DNA of 63,591 nt, counting the filler, from Myxococcota bacterium (lineage in GTDB: Bacteria > Myxococcota_C > UBA6777): the NCBI GenBank assembly GCA_023150835.1. It is 3 parts of 3 records of this genome, joined end to end, with 100 filler letters (N's around TTAATTAATTAA, not from the genome) between each part and the next. Parts side by side here need not be neighbours in the genome. Positions count along the whole stretch, not along the records: positions 22,656 to 51,898 come from JAKLKB010000117.1; 2 more parts are not named here. One strand, given 5' to 3'. The position numbers and the translations under genes were made by a program. Below are positions 29,356 to 38,896 of this stretch, in pieces (the first letter of the stretch is position 1; each line of letters opens with the position of its first letter). The notes beneath the pieces were generated by a model, which saw only the letters and a list, made by a program, of their open reading frames with translations, ran no database searches and was not told where the DNA came from.

Positions 29356-30987
29356 ATGAGCGTCCGTCGTTCGGATAATAACAACAATATTCAGCGCACC
29401 CAACAGGCCCAACAGGCCCAACAAACCAACCGCAACAGCGCTCCCTCTTCGACTCCCACCACACGCAGCAGCGGCAACTCCTTTGAAACGGGCCACTCCC
29501 GCCCCAATTTCGCTCAACCCCAATTCTCCCGCCCCCAGATCACCACCCAAAGCAACACACAATACGTCAACGGTCGTCCTCAGTCCAACTCGACAACCGC
29601 ACAGATCCAAGGCCGAAACCTCGAAGGATCGGCCCAACTTGACACCCAATTTGGCCGCAATGGTCAGATCACCCAACAAGACTTTAGCGCCAACATCACC
29701 CGAAACTACGGCGCAACCACCATCAACCAACAAGCCCAAGGCAGCTACACCAACCAAACCACCTACAACAGTTCCTCCAACAGTCGCGGCGTCGATTACC
29801 AATACAATCGTTCCGCCTCGGTCAACACCAGCGTGACCCACGATTACAACGCCGCACAACGCGGAACCCCCGAATACGCCGCACAACGCGAAGCCTACGC
29901 ACAACGCGCTGAAAACCTCCAAACCCTCCAAAATGCCGGAAACTACGCCGCCGAAAACCTTGGCTTGCGCACCACCCTCGCCGAAGGCTCCGTCAGTTCC
30001 CAATCCCAAGCTGCCCTGATCGACAACGGCAGCACCTTTGTGGGCGCTCGCGCACAAGCCAACGCCCAAGGCTCCGTCACCGTCGGAACCGACGGCGTCC
30101 ATGCCCAAGGCAACGCCGAAGCCCGCGCTGGTGTGTACGCTGAAACCGCAGGACAAGCCACCGGCGCTTATGGCACCGTCGCAGGCAGCGCAGGCGCTCG
30201 TGCCGAAGTGTACGCCACCGCCGAAGGCCAAGCCAGTCTCGATCTCAATGGCCTCAATGCCCAAGGTCGCGTCGCTATCGGTGCTGAAGTCTCCGCCGAT
30301 GTTCACGGCACTTACACCACACCCCCTGTCACCATCGGCGGCGTCGATATGACCGCTGGCATCGACGCAAACGCTCGCGTCGCCGCCCAAGCCGAAGCCT
30401 CCGCAAGTGGCCGCGTCCAGATCACCGGCAACCCGCCCACCGCCATCATCGAAGGCGAAGTCGGCGCTTCTGCCGTCGTCAAAGCCGAAGCAGACGCCAC
30501 TATCCATGTCGGACCCTTCTCCGTTACAGGCTCCGCCTACGCCAGCGCTGGCGCAGAAGCCCGCGCCCAAGGTGCGATCGGATTCGATGACGGAAAACTC
30601 ACCATCAGCGGCGGAATCGGCGCGGCACTCGGCATCGGCGCTGGTGCTGACGTCTCCATCACCGTCGATGTCGGTGCCATCGGCAACGCCGCTGTTGGCC
30701 TCGCCCGCGAAGGCGCTCAAGCCGTCGTCAACACACTCGATGCCAACAACAACGGTCGCCTCGATATCGGTGATGCCGCTGCCATCGGTCAAAACGCTGT
30801 GAACACCGTTCGCGATGGTGTCCAAGCCGTCGGCAACGCCATCGGTGATGGTGTCCAAGCCGTCGGTAACGCCGTGTCCCAAGGCGCTCAAGCCGTCGGC
30901 AACGCCATCTCCAACGTCGGCAACGCCATCGGCGACGGTATCTCCAATGCCGGAAATGCTGTCAAAGAATTTTTCAGCGGTTGGTGA
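29356..30987 (+). CDS. Ala/Gly-rich repetitive protein without Sec signal
   Basis: AAGGAG RBS, strong codon bias, AEAxAG strand repeats, DANNNGRLD loop, 11-aa C-terminal repeats. Confidence 0.85.
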   Translation: MSVRRSDNNNNIQRTQQAQQAQQTNRNSAPSSTPTTRSSGNSFETGHSRPNFAQPQFSRPQITTQSNTQYVNGRPQSNSTTAQIQGRNLEGSAQLDTQFGRNGQITQQDFSANITRNYGATTINQQAQGSYTNQTTYNSSSNSRGVDYQYNRSASVNTSVTHDYNAAQRGTPEYAAQREAYAQRAENLQTLQNAGNYAAENLGLRTTLAEGSVSSQSQAALIDNGSTFVGARAQANAQGSVTVGTDGVHAQGNAEARAGVYAETAGQATGAYGTVAGSAGARAEVYATAEGQASLDLNGLNAQGRVAIGAEVSADVHGTYTTPPVTIGGVDMTAGIDANARVAAQAEASASGRVQITGNPPTAIIEGEVGASAVVKAEADATIHVGPFSVTGSAYASAGAEARAQGAIGFDDGKLTISGGIGAALGIGAGADVSITVDVGAIGNAAVGLAREGAQAVVNTLDANNNGRLDIGDAAAIGQNAVNTVRDGVQAVGNAIGDGVQAVGNAVSQGAQAVGNAISNVGNAIGDGISNAGNAVKEFFSGW

Positions 30988-31180
30988 TCCACCCCCACTC
31001 TCTCTATGATCTCGCCCCCCACTCTACCCGTCTGCCCCTATCCTTCCGCACTCATCGATCTTTCTTCGCTCGTCCACCCCACTTGTGCGCTCATCTCTTC
31101 TCTTGCACGCATCCCCCATTATGCGGCATGATACCCACGCTACATTCTTTTCTGCCCCCAACACTCGCAGGAGGTTGATC

Positions 31181-32554
31181 GTGTCGAACTACGAGGCTCT
31201 CAAACGACAGGCACAAGCCAAACTCAAAGAACGCAATGCCCCCGAAGCCCGCGCACTCTTTCTGCAAGCCGCACAAGCCAAAGGGATCGATCTTCAAGCC
31301 CTTTTGCGACAAGGCGATATCTTGCTCCACCAAGGCAAGATCCCCGAAGCCACCCAGATGTACCTCAAAGTCATCGAAGAAAATCCAACCGATATCACCG
31401 CGTTGTTGGCCCTCGCCCGTTCTGCCCTCTTTATCAACCAAACCGCAGACGCCGAATCCTTTTTGATGGGCGTCGAACGCATGGAACCCGAACATCCGCA
31501 ACTTCACACCTTGCGCGGTCTGCTCTGTGAGACCCAAGGCGATCTGCCCAAAGCCCTCCGCTCTCTCGAACAAGGCGCGGCCTTCGGCCCCAAAGACTAC
31601 CTCGCTCAGTACAATTATGGCCGATGTTTGGCTGCAACCCACGACAACGCCAAGGCCATCCCCTTCTTGCAACAAGCCACCCAACTCGATCCCAAAAGCT
31701 ATGACGCCTATTATGCCCTTGGGATGGCCCAAACCCACCTCGGACAATACGGCGATGCCGTCTTGTCTTTTCAACACGCCATGAAGATCGCCCCCAAACG
31801 GCTCGATATCTACGCCACGATCGCCGATGTCCTCATGAAAGCAGGCGATCCAGAACACGCCCTCCAAGCCCTCAACCTTGGGATGAACACCGTCGAAGAA
31901 CACCCCGCCCTCCTACAAAAAGCCGCCGCTGTCTGCGCAGCTTCCGGCAAGATCGCCAACGCGGTTCAGTACCTTGAGCGCGTCGTCGAAAAAATCCCCG
32001 ACTACTACCAAGCTTGGCTCAACCTCGCCAGTTTCTACATCCTCACCCAAGACCTCGAACGATCCGAAGCCGCAAGCAAACGCGCCGTCGCGATCAATCC
32101 CAAAGACTGGCAAGGACATTACCAACTCGGCAACCTCTACGAAGCCGTCAAACTCTACGACCAAGCCGAAGCCGCCTATCGAAAAGCCGTTGAATGCGCC
32201 CCCCAAGAACCCCGCGCCCACGCCAACCTCGGCATCGTCCTCTTGCAAGTCGACGACCGACTCAAAAACAAAGAATCCACCGGCTGTTTCGAACGCGCTA
32301 TCCAATACGCCACCCCCGGAGATTACCGCTGGCACTACAACCTCGCTCTCGCCTACGCCAAACTCGGCCTCAAACCCCGTACCCGCGAACTGATCAACGA
32401 GATCCTCGAACACTCCAAAGACGAGGAACTCCTCGACGCCACCAAAGCCCTCCAAAAAAACGTCTTCTCCACCCAAGACGAAATGAAACTCAGCCTCGCT
32501 CTCTCTTCCCTCCGCATCGTCAAACCCCCCCGCTCCCACGAAGACGAAGAATAA
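31181..32554 (+). CDS. Tetratricopeptide repeat protein
   Basis: GGAGG RBS before GTG 31181; repeated AxxNLGxxY...A TPR pattern. Confidence 0.9.
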   Translation: MSNYEALKRQAQAKLKERNAPEARALFLQAAQAKGIDLQALLRQGDILLHQGKIPEATQMYLKVIEENPTDITALLALARSALFINQTADAESFLMGVERMEPEHPQLHTLRGLLCETQGDLPKALRSLEQGAAFGPKDYLAQYNYGRCLAATHDNAKAIPFLQQATQLDPKSYDAYYALGMAQTHLGQYGDAVLSFQHAMKIAPKRLDIYATIADVLMKAGDPEHALQALNLGMNTVEEHPALLQKAAAVCAASGKIANAVQYLERVVEKIPDYYQAWLNLASFYILTQDLERSEAASKRAVAINPKDWQGHYQLGNLYEAVKLYDQAEAAYRKAVECAPQEPRAHANLGIVLLQVDDRLKNKESTGCFERAIQYATPGDYRWHYNLALAYAKLGLKPRTRELINEILEHSKDEELLDATKALQKNVFSTQDEMKLSLALSSLRIVKPPRSHEDEE

Positions 32555-32586
32555 TTCGACACATCACAAAATGTAGGGGCTGCCCC

Positions 32587-32829
32587 CATACGCGCCTTGT
32601 TAAGGTGGAAACCTCGTAGAGTCGGTCTTGATCGCCTTTTTTTTTTCTCCCCCCCCCCTCAATCCCCCCGTGAACGGGGGGAAGTTGGAACGGGCAGCGT
32701 CTGCGTCTCGTGCATACAGCGTGCGTCATGAAAAAACAAAATCCCCGAGGCTTCCGACTTTCGCTCCCTCCCCTGTTCACGGGGGAGGGCGGGGTGGGGG
32801 GCTTTCCTCCGCTTCACCTAACGCCTATG
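32587..32829 (-). mobile_element. Family A MITE (243 bp), 11-bp TSD GGGGCTGCCCC
   Basis: TSD at 32576-32586 and 32830-32840; inserted in a GTAGGGGC REP-like hairpin. Confidence 0.93.
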
Positions 32830-33108
32830 GGGGCTGCCCCCATAGGATATCGTGTGAGTCCGCAAGCAACGCTTTTTCGGAATAGATCGCAAAGGTTCAC
32901 GGAAAAGGTGGCGACGTCTGCTTTTTCGACGACCCATCGCCGCTCCCAAAAGACAGACCCATCCGTGTGATCTCTCAACTCCACCGACCGCCCATCACTC
33001 ACCAAGCAGCCAAGATTCCCATCGTATCGAGAAGATCGTCTTGTCATTGCGATGCGCACACGTCTTGCGATAACGCCCGATGAACCTTGCCGATCCGCAA
33101 ACAGCGAA

Positions 33109-33200
33109 AAGGCATCACGAAAACGTGAACAAGCCTCACCCAAACACACAAAGGCATCACGAAAACGTGAACAGGTCTCATCAATATGCACAGAGGCATC
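33109..33200. repeat. 42-bp tandem repeat containing palindrome TCACG-AAAA-CGTGA
   Basis: Palindromes at 33115-33128 and 33157-33170, just upstream of comM. Confidence 0.8.
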
Positions 33201-33219
33201 GGGAAAAAAGGAGGCAGAG

Positions 33220-34743
33220 ATGGATGTTTGTGTCTTGTCGGGCGCAGTCTTGGGGATCGATGCGTACCGTTTGGAAGTGGAAGTGGATGTATCCAACGGG
33301 CATCCAACGTTTGATCTGGTTGGATTGGCCGACGGTGCGGTGCGAGAGAGCCGCGTGCGAGTGCGTTCAGCACTCAAAAATGCGGGTTTTCCGTACCCTT
33401 TGCACACACGGCGGATCACGGTCAATCTGGCTCCTGCGGATATCCGCAAAGAAGGAGCGGCCTTTGATCTTCCGATCGCCTTGGGGCTGTTGGCCGCGTT
33501 GGGCGTGCTCCCGCCCTCGGCGTTTCAAGATATCCTGTTTGTCGGAGAGTTGGCGCTCAATGGCGATCTTCGCCCGATACGTGGGGCTTTGCCGATCGCG
33601 GTGATGGCGCGACAAGAAGGTCTGCGTGCGATCGTGCTTCCCCGCGAAAATGCCCCCGAAGCGGTTGCGGTCGAAGGATTGGAAGTCTACGGATGTTCTT
33701 CTCTTGGGGAGTTGGTGGATTTCTTGATGGGTGAGTTGCAGATGGAGGCTTGGGAGACCCTTTCGGTGGGCGATCCTGCGGATGCGCGCTGGCCGATCGA
33801 TCTGCAAGACGTACGCGGTCAGGAGCATGTCAAGCGCGCTTTGGAGATCGCCGCAGCAGGACTCCATAACCTCCTGATGATCGGCCCTCCGGGCTGTGGA
33901 AAGACCATGCTTGCGCGACGTCTCGCAACGCTGTTGCCTCCGCTGTGTTTTCAAGAATCCCTCGAAACCACCAAGATCTACAGCGTGTGTGGCTTGCTTC
34001 AAGAGCATGGATTGATGTCCCAACGCCCTTTTCGCGCCCCCCATCATACGATCTCCGAAGCAGGTCTGGTGGGTGGTGGTAGTGTGCCGCGCCCCGGTGA
34101 GATATCGCTCGCTCACCACGGGATCTTGTTTCTTGATGAGCTACCCGAGTTTCGGCGCAACGTGCTCGATGTCCTGCGCCAGCCCATCGAAGAACGCAGC
34201 GTCACGATCTCGCGGGTCTCTTCAACGCTGCGCTACCCATGTAATTTTTTGCTCGTTGCGGCCATGAATCCCTGTCCCTGCGGTCATCACGGCCACAACT
34301 GCCGCTGTGGTCAGCTTGATGTCAACCGCTATCAAGGCCGCATATCCGGCCCATTGCTCGATCGCATCGACTTGCACGTCGAAGTCCCCGCCGTCCCCTT
34401 CCAAGATCTGCGCGAAGATCGCCTCGGAGAAAGCTCGGCCACCGTCCGCGCCCGTGTGATCGCAGCCCGCCAACGCCAAGCCGAACGCTTCGCCGACACC
34501 CCCCACCAAGTCAACAGCCAGATGCAAGCCAAAGAACTCCGTCAACACTGCCCGATCCAACAAGACGCCATCCGCCTTCTCGAACGCGCCACCCAACAAT
34601 TCGGCATGAGCGCTCGCGCCTTCGATCGCATCCTCAAAGTCGCCCGAACCATCGCCGATCTCGCAAACGAAGAACACATCCATAGCCACCACATCGCCGA
34701 AGCCATCCAATACCGCACTTTGGATCGCCGACTGGCCGCCTGA
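33220..34743 (+). CDS. comM: YifB/ComM Mg-chelatase-like AAA+ ATPase
   Basis: ITVNLAPADIRK, GPPGCGKT, RPFRAPHH, PGEISLAHHGILFLDELPEF, NPCPCG, SGPLLDRID. Confidence 0.93.
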   Translation: MDVCVLSGAVLGIDAYRLEVEVDVSNGHPTFDLVGLADGAVRESRVRVRSALKNAGFPYPLHTRRITVNLAPADIRKEGAAFDLPIALGLLAALGVLPPSAFQDILFVGELALNGDLRPIRGALPIAVMARQEGLRAIVLPRENAPEAVAVEGLEVYGCSSLGELVDFLMGELQMEAWETLSVGDPADARWPIDLQDVRGQEHVKRALEIAAAGLHNLLMIGPPGCGKTMLARRLATLLPPLCFQESLETTKIYSVCGLLQEHGLMSQRPFRAPHHTISEAGLVGGGSVPRPGEISLAHHGILFLDELPEFRRNVLDVLRQPIEERSVTISRVSSTLRYPCNFLLVAAMNPCPCGHHGHNCRCGQLDVNRYQGRISGPLLDRIDLHVEVPAVPFQDLREDRLGESSATVRARVIAARQRQAERFADTPHQVNSQMQAKELRQHCPIQQDAIRLLERATQQFGMSARAFDRILKVARTIADLANEEHIHSHHIAEAIQYRTLDRRLAA

Positions 34744-34763
34744 ACCCAAAAGGAAACCTCCCC

Positions 34764-35768
34764 ATGCTAACAAGCAAATGGAATACCCTCAAACGCTTTC
34801 TTGTGGGCCTTGAACAACAATTTGGGCAAGGCTTGCTCCAATCCGCCCCCGAATCCCCCCTTCCTGCCGTCTGGTCGAGCGGTTCGTGGGGACTCGATCA
34901 AGCCCTCGGTGTGGGCGGCTATCCAAAAGGCCGCATGATCGAGATCTTTGGCGATGCCGGCGTCGGCAAATCTACCTTGGCCCTCCACGCGATCCAGTCC
35001 TGCCAACAAGCCGGTGGATTGGCTGTTTACATCGACGCCGAACACGGTCTCGATCTTTGCTACGCAGGCGTCTTGGGGGTCCGACTCAACGACCTCTTGA
35101 TCGTCAAACCCAGCAGCGCCGAACAAGCCCTCGGCACGATCGAAACACTCGTCCAAAGCCGACAAGTCGGGATGATCGTTCTCGATTCGATCGCCGCGCT
35201 CGCCCCCCAGATCGAGATCGACACCCAAGGCCAAACCGAACAGATCTTCCTCCAAGCACAGCTATTGAGCCGAACCCTTCGGCGTTTAAGCAGCCTCCTG
35301 CACCATACACCCACCACCCTACTTTTTCTCAACCAACTCCGCTATCACCCCCAAGCCGCCCAAGTCCTCCGCGAAACCACCCCGGGCGGCCACGCCCTCA
35401 AGTTCTACGCCTCGATCCGCCTCGAACTTGTCCACAAAGGCCACTTGCTCCAAAACGACCGCATCCTCGGCCAGCACATCCTCGCTCGCGTCCTCAAAAA
35501 CAAATCCGCCCCCCCCTACCAAGAAGCCCACCTCACGATCCGTTATGGCGAAGGCATCGACTCCTGCGCCGATCTCCTCCAACGCGCCATCCTCCACGGC
35601 ATCGTTCAACGCGATGAACACAAGCACTTGTGTTTTCCCAACGGTATGCTCGGCCCCAACTACGATGCCGCTCTCCATGCCCTTCGACGCAGCCTCCCCT
35701 TGCAAGAGCAGCTCACCACCCTTGTCACCGCCGTCCCGCCCCACCTTCAACACGAACCCGCTGCCTGA
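34764..35768 (+). CDS. Divergent RecA paralogue
   Basis: GGYPKGRMIEIFG, GVGKST, YIDAEH, LDSIAAL, NQLR, GGHALKFYASIRL, KNKSAPP. Confidence 0.88.
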   Translation: MLTSKWNTLKRFLVGLEQQFGQGLLQSAPESPLPAVWSSGSWGLDQALGVGGYPKGRMIEIFGDAGVGKSTLALHAIQSCQQAGGLAVYIDAEHGLDLCYAGVLGVRLNDLLIVKPSSAEQALGTIETLVQSRQVGMIVLDSIAALAPQIEIDTQGQTEQIFLQAQLLSRTLRRLSSLLHHTPTTLLFLNQLRYHPQAAQVLRETTPGGHALKFYASIRLELVHKGHLLQNDRILGQHILARVLKNKSAPPYQEAHLTIRYGEGIDSCADLLQRAILHGIVQRDEHKHLCFPNGMLGPNYDAALHALRRSLPLQEQLTTLVTAVPPHLQHEPAA

Positions 35769-35867
35769 ATGATAGCTTTTTCGCGGCGACGGCTTCTGTT
35801 GCCGCATCTGCGTCGATCACTTTCAACACGAACCCGCTGCCTAAAGAAAGCAGCCCGATCTGTCCGC

Positions 35868-36371
35868 TTAAAACAGCACTTCTTCGAGATGGCGTTGAAA
35901 GCGTGCGAGGGTTCCGTCTTGTTGCTGGACGTTGCGTTGCCGAAGCAAAAGCAACAAGGATTCGCGCTTAAACATAAACTCGGTCAGGATGCGGTTGATC
36001 TGATCGACTTGCCACAAGATCTCTTCTTGTTTGAGCCCATGACGAGCAGCGTCACAAAGCGCATCGCGGCTGACGGCGTAGGCCGACTCACGGGCTTCTT
36101 CGAGGGCGGCGTTCATCGCGGCATAACTGGCATCACGTGCGACTTTGTAGACCGAACGGGCGGCGTCTTGCGCAGCATAGAAGGCATAACGCAAGGCTTG
36201 TTCGGAACATTTTCCTTCGATAAACAACCGCTTGTAGCGAAGGGCTTCGAGGCTCCGAGGATCGGGGGTTATGCCGATCTGGCGACAACGTCGCAACGCC
36301 CGTTCTGCACAATCACAAGCGAAGGTATGCAAAAGATGGTCAGGTATTTTCTCCCACGGCCATAAGTACAT
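35868..36371 (-). CDS. Hypothetical helical protein (Imm5-like N-terminus)
   Basis: FACDCAERAL..DPRS motif followed by Ala-rich helices. Confidence 0.65.
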   Translation of the reverse strand: MYLWPWEKIPDHLLHTFACDCAERALRRCRQIGITPDPRSLEALRYKRLFIEGKCSEQALRYAFYAAQDAARSVYKVARDASYAAMNAALEEARESAYAVSRDALCDAARHGLKQEEILWQVDQINRILTEFMFKRESLLLLLRQRNVQQQDGTLARFQRHLEEVLF

Positions 36372-36774
36372 GTGCTGCTCCGTTGTGGTGTTGGTGCCGG
36401 ATCCAGATCTCTCGGATCTGTTGGGGCAACGCCATCGGATCAAAGGGCTTGGTGATCACGTCGAGCGCACCGAGCGCTTTGTAATGCTCGATCTCGTGAG
36501 CTTGTGCTTTGGCGGTCATAAAGATCACGGGGGTCTGTGCAAAGGCGGGCAGAGTCCGCAGCACTTGCAACATCGTGGGGCCATCCATCTCAGGCATCAT
36601 CACGTCTAGCAAGATCAGATCGGGTCCAAATCGCTCAACCTCTGCGAGCGCAGAGGCTCCGCTATCGCACAAATGCACCGTAAATCGACCGATCGCTTCC
36701 AAAGCGAGTTTAGCGATGGCTTGGATATCAGGTTCGTCTTCGACATACATGATCCGTTCAAGGGCTGCGTCCAT
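36340..36774 (-). CDS. Single-domain response regulator
   Basis: YVEDE, LLDVMMP, FMTA, ITKPF. Confidence 0.92.
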   Translation of the reverse strand: MDAALERIMYVEDEPDIQAIAKLALEAIGRFTVHLCDSGASALAEVERFGPDLILLDVMMPEMDGPTMLQVLRTLPAFAQTPVIFMTAKAQAHEIEHYKALGALDVITKPFDPMALPQQIREIWIRHQHHNGAAHVLMAVGENT

Positions 36775-36835
36775 CTCGCCACTCCACACAAAAAAGCAAA
36801 GATCCCCTATTTGCGAGAACACGGAGGGGTCGCTG

Positions 36836-38317
36836 TTAAAAGGCGCTCGGCGAGACGTTGCGTCCTGCGGCGTGGTTGGACAACCGAAAAAAGAAAACGG
36901 TTCCCATCCCCGCCCCAGAGCGAAAACCGATATCGCCGTGCAAGCGTTCGATGATCGCTCGTGCGATGCTTAAACCAAGGCCCGTACCGCCTTTCAAGCG
37001 CGTGCTTGAGGCTTCGGCTTGGGCAAATTTTTCAAAGACACGCGGTTGAAAAGAAAGCGGGATCCCCGAGCCTTGATCGATCACCTCGACGAGAGCGCGA
37101 TCTTGATCGGGAAGCAGCCGCACACGCACCACCCCGCCTTTCGGCGAAAACTTGATCGCGTTCGACAGCAGATTGGTCAACACCTGAATCAAGCGATCGC
37201 CGTCGACGAGAACTTCTGCACAAAAGCCCGCAGCAACGTCCAGTTGGAGCGTGACGCCAAAGCTTTGTGCGTAAGCGCGGTTCGATTCGATCGCTTGTTC
37301 GAGCAGATCGCGCAGGGCGTGGCGTTTGAGAGAAAAATCCATCTTGCCCGATTCGATCTTCTCGATATCAAGGATATCGTTGATCAAACGCAACAAACGC
37401 TGACTATTTTTGTACGCGATATCCAACATCCCCACAGCCGCAGAAGGCAGTTCTCCAACCACGCCCCCCACCATCAATCCCAAAGACCCCATAATCGAGG
37501 TCAATGGCGTACGCAACTCGTGGGAGACGATCGACACAAACTCATTCTTGAGCATCTCCACGCGCTTGCGTTCGGTAATGTCGCGAAAGATCCCACGCAG
37601 CGTCTTGTTTCCGTCGTAAAGCCGACAACTCACGTTGCCTTCGACTTCCAAGATCCCCCCGTCACGCCGCACAAACCGCGTCTCAAAGCGCTCGTTTTGT
37701 TCGTGCTCCAACAACCGCGCCATCACCGCACGATAATTCCCGATCTCATCGGGGTGCAGCAACGCCTCGATCTGGCCCCCTTCCACTTCTTCTCGCACCA
37801 AGCCCAAGATCGAACAGCATACTTTGTTGGCGTACAAGATCCGCCCGTCTTCATCGCTGACATGGATCATATCGCTTGCGTGTTCAAACAAATCGCGCAA
37901 GCGCGATTCACTTTCTTTAAGGGCCGACTCTGCGCGCTTTCGCATCAACTGGGCCTTGATCCGCGCCAACGCGATCGGAAAGTCGACGGGCTTTGTGATG
38001 TAGTCGTTGGCCCCTTCTTGCAGACTTTCTCCCAGCCCTTCGCTCTCGTCTTTGGCTGTCACCATGATGATCGGCAGTTCGCTTTGTGAGTAGAGCTTGC
38101 GCAAACGTCGCAACATCTCCACCCCGTTGACCTCGGGCATCATAATGTCCAACAAGATCAAGTCGTAGCACTGCTGATCCATCTTCCGCACTGCGCTCGA
38201 ATACCCCTCCGCTTCGTCCACCACATACCCCGCCTTCCCAAGACGACGACGCAAAAGATCGCGGTTGACCTCGTTGTCATCGACCACCAAAAGCCGTTCG
38301 CTTTGTGTTGCAGCCAT
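36836..38317 (-). CDS. Receiver-PAS-histidine kinase
   Basis: VVDDN/LLDIMMP receiver, [28 protein letters not shown]. Confidence 0.93.
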   Translation of the reverse strand: MAATQSERLLVVDDNEVNRDLLRRRLGKAGYVVDEAEGYSSAVRKMDQQCYDLILLDIMMPEVNGVEMLRRLRKLYSQSELPIIMVTAKDESEGLGESLQEGANDYITKPVDFPIALARIKAQLMRKRAESALKESESRLRDLFEHASDMIHVSDEDGRILYANKVCCSILGLVREEVEGGQIEALLHPDEIGNYRAVMARLLEHEQNERFETRFVRRDGGILEVEGNVSCRLYDGNKTLRGIFRDITERKRVEMLKNEFVSIVSHELRTPLTSIMGSLGLMVGGVVGELPSAAVGMLDIAYKNSQRLLRLINDILDIEKIESGKMDFSLKRHALRDLLEQAIESNRAYAQSFGVTLQLDVAAGFCAEVLVDGDRLIQVLTNLLSNAIKFSPKGGVVRVRLLPDQDRALVEVIDQGSGIPLSFQPRVFEKFAQAEASSTRLKGGTGLGLSIARAIIERLHGDIGFRSGAGMGTVFFFRLSNHAAGRNVSPSAF

Positions 38318-38397
38318 CTTGTCTCGCCTTCCTTGCTCGCAGATGCCCTATGTTCGCCGAACGTGCGTGCTGTCTCTCCGAATACCCGTGTTTTTTG

Positions 38398-38769
38398 CTA
38401 AACAACGTCAGGCAAAAAGCGACGGATCTTTTCCATCAATCGGGCGATTTCGATCGGCTTGGTGTCATAATCGTCACAACCGGCCTCCATCGCTTTTTCT
38501 CGATCACCCGCCATCGCATGAGCGGTCAACGCGATCACGGGGATGCGCTGCGTCGCGGGGTCGCCCTTGAGCCTTCGCGTGGCTTCCCATCCATCCAACC
38601 CCGGCAAGCTCAGATCCATCAAGATCAGATCCGGCAGATGCTCCTTTGCGACCCGCAATCCTTCGAGTCCGTCCTGCGCGATCAGCACCACAAATCCGCG
38701 TCGCTGCAAACGCCGCGTCAACATATCTCGGTTCATCTCGTTATCTTCAACCAACAGCAACTTACGCAT
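38398..38769 (-). CDS. Single-domain response regulator (DivK-like)
   Basis: LVEDN, LMDLSLP, ALTAHAM, TKPI. Confidence 0.93.
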   Translation of the reverse strand: MRKLLLVEDNEMNRDMLTRRLQRRGFVVLIAQDGLEGLRVAKEHLPDLILMDLSLPGLDGWEATRRLKGDPATQRIPVIALTAHAMAGDREKAMEAGCDDYDTKPIEIARLMEKIRRFLPDVV

Positions 38770-38896
38770 CCGACCGATCTCGTCACCTCTGCCCCATCCA
38801 AATCATCCGATGGATGAGTCTATTCGAACGACGCTCAACCCTCGCCAACAAGGGACGGCTTTTTCCAAAGCATCGCAACCAACGCAAACACACTTG

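Noticed and set aside
29143-30891. Long antisense ORFs (also 6236-8095, 19116-20477, 21000-22535, 40688-42040)
   Set aside because: Shadows of strongly codon-biased genes on the other strand; no motifs or RBS.
33109-33180. LexA box upstream of comM/recA paralogue
   Set aside because: Only the TGAAC core matches the Myxococcus-type consensus as I recall it; the remainder does not.
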